A DNA stretch of 64,000 nucleotides from Burkholderiales bacterium (GTDB lineage Bacteria; Pseudomonadota; Gammaproteobacteria; Burkholderiales; JACQAP01). The DNA is taken from the NCBI GenBank assembly GCA_046590325.1, contig JBKJUC010000020.1, positions 561 through 64,560 of the forward strand. The letters are read 5' to 3'. Position 1 is the stretch's first letter; each line of letters starts with the position of its first letter. A program made the position numbers and the translations under genes. A model generated the notes under the pieces. It worked only from the letters and a program-made list of their open reading frames with translations, did no database searches and was not told where the DNA came from. Shown piece after piece: positions 60,827-64,000 of this stretch.

Positions 60827-61735
60827 ATGAAGGGGCTGCCGCTTCCTTTTCTGGCCGTCCTGGCGGCGGCCATTTCCGCGACCATCGGCGGCTCAGCCGT
60901 CGTGGCGACGCGGCTGGCGGTGCCCGAGAGCAATGCGCTGACGGTGACTTTCCTGCGTTTCCTGGGCGCGAGCCTGGTCATGCTCGCTTTCACGCTGCCA
61001 CGCACGAAAATCCGCATCGACTGGCGTGATCTTCCGCCGGTCGCCGCGCTGGGCCTGGTCCAGTTCGCGCTGTTCGCCTGGTTTTTCAGCGCCTCGCTGC
61101 AATACATTCCCGCCGCGCGTGGGGCACTGGTGCTGTCTACGCAGCCGTTGCTGACTCTGGCGCTGGCCGTACTTCTGAAGCGCGAGCGGTTTACGCTTGC
61201 GAAGGCGGTCGGCGGCGTGGTGGCATTGCTGGGTGTGGCCTTCGCCCTGGGAGACCGGGTGTCGGTGCCAGGTTCGGATACGCTGCGCGGCGACCTGCTG
61301 ATGTTCGGCGCCGCGGTCACGGGTTCGATTTACAACGTGACGTCGGGATTTTACTTGCGCAAGTATCCGGCGCTGTTGCTGTGCTCCGTGATGCTGCCTA
61401 TCGGCGCGCTGGCACTGCTCTCGGCGATCGCCGTGGGTGGCGACTGGTCGGGTTTCTCCAGTTTTTCCTGGCAGGGCTGGCTGGCGATCGCCTACCTGAT
61501 GACCATCGGCGGCGCAGTGACCTTCTTCCTGTGGATCTGGGCGCTGGAACACACGACGCCGTCGCGCGTGGCGATCACGGTGACCATGAATCCGGTAGCC
61601 GCCGTGATCCTCGGCACATTCATTCTGGGGGAGCCGGCAACGTGGCGGCTGCTGGTGGGGCTTGCCGCGATCATCGCCGGCATCACGCTGGCAAACTGGA
61701 ATGCGCTGATAAGTGGATTGCGCAGCCGGCGCTGA
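60827..61735 (+). CDS. DMT superfamily (EamA) transporter
   Basis: Ten TM spans in two EamA halves. Confidence 0.8.
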   Translation: MKGLPLPFLAVLAAAISATIGGSAVVATRLAVPESNALTVTFLRFLGASLVMLAFTLPRTKIRIDWRDLPPVAALGLVQFALFAWFFSASLQYIPAARGALVLSTQPLLTLALAVLLKRERFTLAKAVGGVVALLGVAFALGDRVSVPGSDTLRGDLLMFGAAVTGSIYNVTSGFYLRKYPALLLCSVMLPIGALALLSAIAVGGDWSGFSSFSWQGWLAIAYLMTIGGAVTFFLWIWALEHTTPSRVAITVTMNPVAAVILGTFILGEPATWRLLVGLAAIIAGITLANWNALISGLRSRR

Positions 61736-61741
61736 AACCCG

Positions 61742-62545
61742 TCAGTTCGGATTGGGGCCCTTGCCCCAGCTCTGGTAGCGCACCCTTAGAAACTCGATGA
61801 ATTCGGCGAGGTGTTTTCTCTGCAGCGCATCGAGCACCGCGTCAGGCATGCCTTCCTTTTGCCGGCTCGCCAGTTCCGAGCCGGTGAGGGCTGGCTTGAA
61901 GTGGGTGCTGATATTGGTGATGCCGGAGAGGTCGAGGTAATCGTGAACGCGGGAATTCTCGATGGTCGCTGCAACTTCGTCCGCTGACTTGCCGTCCTTC
62001 AGCATTTGCGCGGCTTGGTCGACCGTAATCGCTGCGCCGCCGGGAGATCCGGGATACGCGGTGACCCATGCGGGAAGGCCGGCCGGCCTGGAAAAATCCG
62101 AGGTACGGCCGAGGTTGCTGCCGTTGCCCATTCCATTGCCGCCCGTGCCCAGCGAGGACAGATCCACCGGTTGCGGATAGCAACTGCTGCATCCGCCCAG
62201 CGATTCTCCAGTCACCCAGTAGCGCGTCAGCAGGTCGACGTCGTTGTAAAAGGACTGTTGCAATTCATCCAGGACTTCCGGCGCGCAACCCGCGTCAGCG
62301 AGCTTGCCGAAATCCGAGCCGCGCAGCGCGTACGAAGTTTTCGATCTGGGTGAAAGCTGGACGGCACGCTGCGCCCCGGACTTGCACGCATTGACGACTT
62401 CGGATATCGGCGTCACCGGCCGCGGCTTCATCACCGAACATGCGCCGAGCATCAACAGTGCGCTGCAGGCCACTAACGAACGGGCCAACCCTGTGAAGTG
62501 GCGGCTGTTACGGGGTTGCAATGAACTCTCCTCCTGGTTTTCCAT
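61742..62545 (-). CDS. hypothetical lipoprotein (two copies of a ...G-S-x4-L-x3-G-x-P-D-x-VLD-x-Q module)
   Basis: Lipobox LLMLGAC. Shares an internal module with the neighbouring lipoprotein. Confidence 0.55.
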   Translation of the reverse strand: MENQEESSLQPRNSRHFTGLARSLVACSALLMLGACSVMKPRPVTPISEVVNACKSGAQRAVQLSPRSKTSYALRGSDFGKLADAGCAPEVLDELQQSFYNDVDLLTRYWVTGESLGGCSSCYPQPVDLSSLGTGGNGMGNGSNLGRTSDFSRPAGLPAWVTAYPGSPGGAAITVDQAAQMLKDGKSADEVAATIENSRVHDYLDLSGITNISTHFKPALTGSELASRQKEGMPDAVLDALQRKHLAEFIEFLRVRYQSWGKGPNPN

Positions 62546-62573
62546 GGTGCGCCGGTTTTGACAGGTCGCGGCT

Positions 62574-62936
62574 TCAGTAGGGGGCGATGATCATGGGCCG
62601 ATGGTAGCAATAGAGGCAGTTCCACCAGAAAGGACTGTCGTAGCTCATGCGGCTCTCCCGGCGAACCTGGTCCATGTACACGTTTTGCATGTAGTCCAAC
62701 ACCGTATCCGGCACGCCCTGCTCGTGCAGCCTGGCAATCTGCGAACCCGTGAGCGGGTAGACCGCCCGTGTCGCCTGCAATTCGCGGATGATTTCCTCCG
62801 GTGGTGTGCCGGCCCTGCTCATTTCGACTACCTGTTCGAGCGAGGGCGGCGGCCGGCGGTCCATCCCGGCACATCCTGCCAGGACCAGGATCAGCAAACC
62901 CGCCAGCAGGCCCCAAAGGCGCTCAAGTCCATGCAT
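62574..62936 (-). CDS. hypothetical lipoprotein (one copy of the same module)
   Basis: Start MHGLERLWGLLAGLLILVLAGC (lipobox). LTGSQIARLHEQGVPDTVLDYMQ. C-terminal NCLYCY. Confidence 0.6.
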   Translation of the reverse strand: MHGLERLWGLLAGLLILVLAGCAGMDRRPPPSLEQVVEMSRAGTPPEEIIRELQATRAVYPLTGSQIARLHEQGVPDTVLDYMQNVYMDQVRRESRMSYDSPFWWNCLYCYHRPMIIAPY

Positions 62937-63064
62937 TTTCGGTTCTTTCCGGACAGTTACGGTATAGACCGTCGATTGCCGCGTGCGGTTCATTTGACCG
63001 GCGTCAAGTCGATCGCCGGATCCGGGGGCTAGAGTCCCGGCATATATTTCATCGAGGGGCAATC

Positions 63065-63355
63065 ATGCGCCTGTACGTGTTTGCATTCGCAGCACTTGTT
63101 TTCGTAACGCTCGATCTCCATGCGCAGGAAGACGACCGTGGGCGCATGCTGCATGACGCCCACTGCGTTTCCTGTCACGCGACCCGCGTATATACCCGCC
63201 CTGACCGAGTGGCGGGCGACTATCAGCAAGTCCGTGCCCAGGTCGACCGCTGGCAGAAAAACGTCTCGCTGAACTGGAAGGATGCTGATGCAGACCTCGT
63301 CACCGACTACATTGCGTCCCGTTACTACCGCTTCGAATGCCCGTCCAAATGCTGA
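63065..63355 (+). CDS. small periplasmic mono-haem c-type cytochrome-like protein
   Basis: Signal peptide MRLYVFAFAALVFVTLDLHA and a single CVSCH (CxxCH) motif. 96 aa. Confidence 0.6.
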   Translation: MRLYVFAFAALVFVTLDLHAQEDDRGRMLHDAHCVSCHATRVYTRPDRVAGDYQQVRAQVDRWQKNVSLNWKDADADLVTDYIASRYYRFECPSKC

Positions 63356-63367
63356 ACCGCGGAAGGG

Positions 63368-63583
63368 TCAGGCGGAGATGTCGGGGACCAGCTGTTTCTG
63401 GAGGAGGGTAATCTGATCCTTGAGCAGGAGTTTGCGGCGCTTCAGGCGCCGTAGCTGCAACTCGTCGAGCTCCGGGTCATGCGCCAGGCGATCGATGACC
63501 TCGTCAAGATCGCGGTGTTCGACCTTGAGGATCTCGATTTTCCTGCGGACGGCTTCCGTCTCTTCCGTCGTGAGTTCCATCAT
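63368..63583 (-). CDS. DUF465 (YdcH) family protein
   Basis: 71-aa coiled-coil protein with H.DLD..I........D..E...LK..KL.LKD pattern. Confidence 0.75.
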   Translation of the reverse strand: MMELTTEETEAVRRKIEILKVEHRDLDEVIDRLAHDPELDELQLRRLKRRKLLLKDQITLLQKQLVPDISA

Positions 63584-63616
63584 TGTTCCCGTGAATGCCT
63601 GTCCGTCTTTCCCTAA

Positions 63617-64000
63617 CTATAGAACAAGACGGGCCCAATGATAGGAGGAAGGGCGGGCGCCGCGCCTGAGCGGGCCATCCACAGCCAGTACGACATTGAA
63701 TTCTCCCGCCAGTTCTGCCCCGGTTCCGGGGGCGGGGGACAGGGGAACGATCAGGCTTTGCCTGGCCTTGCGGTCGCGGATGCGGGATAGCAGGAAGTCA
63801 CGCTCGTTCTCCGGCGCGCCGGCTACATACATCTGTGTCGTGAACGTGCCGAAGTCCTGGCGCGAAAGCGCGAAATGGATGTGCGGCGCGCGGCCCGGAT
63901 ACGCAAGCGGCTTCACCGTGCGAAAACGGTAGACGCCGCCCGCATCGCTGGTTGCCGTGCCATAGCCCTGGAAGTTGGGATCGATTGGTTTGTCGCTGTC
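63617..64000 (-). CDS. intradiol ring-cleavage dioxygenase family protein, C-terminal part (5' end outside the window)
   Basis: The frame is open to the window edge. GVYRFRTVKPLAYPGRAPHIHF is the iron-ligand His region of intradiol dioxygenases. Confidence 0.7.
   Translation of the reverse strand, partial: DSDKPIDPNFQGYGTATSDAGGVYRFRTVKPLAYPGRAPHIHFALSRQDFGTFTTQMYVAGAPENERDFLLSRIRDRKARQSLIVPLSPAPGTGAELAGEFNVVLAVDGPLRRGARPSSYHWARLVL

Overview
GC-rich proteobacterial chromosomal segment. The gene order (exbB-exbD-lpxK-ycaR-kdsB-adk, pfp-hppA, tsaE-amiC, mutL-miaA, pntAA-pntAB-pntB) looks betaproteobacterial; that taxon call is inference only. I support about 68 protein-coding genes, almost all housekeeping or metabolic: iorAB, proS, rppH, glpK, fbaB, hppA, pfp, adk, kdsB, lpxK, xseA, miaA, mutL, pntAB, amiC, tsaE and ilvD. 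There are also small accessory modules: a marR-cytochrome b561-yceI-yceI operon, an ECF sigma/anti-sigma pair, a barnase/barstar-like pair and an orphan ParA. I saw no rRNA, tRNA, CRISPR array, transposase or integrase. Many long ORFs in the track are antisense 'shadow' ORFs of real genes, as expected at high GC, and were rejected. Four things deserve a second look. (1) A 1045-aa membrane protein joins a roughly 530-residue Glu/Arg/Lys-only cytoplasmic tract, carrying a near-perfect 99-nt tandem repeat, to an AsmA-like periplasmic domain. (2) About ten intergenic inverted-repeat elements have arms that are themselves 7-9-nt periodic; their arm sequences differ between copies but their architecture is the same. 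(3) A divergent enolase paralogue has substitutions in two motifs that I recall as invariant, and it is coupled to an APH-fold kinase divergent from glpK. (4) A 27-nt duplication of the amiC 3' end sits at an apparent synteny break, and a pair of inverted DnaA-box-like sites lies in the largest non-coding gap. All functional calls come from reading the translated ORFs and remembering family motifs. No database search was run.
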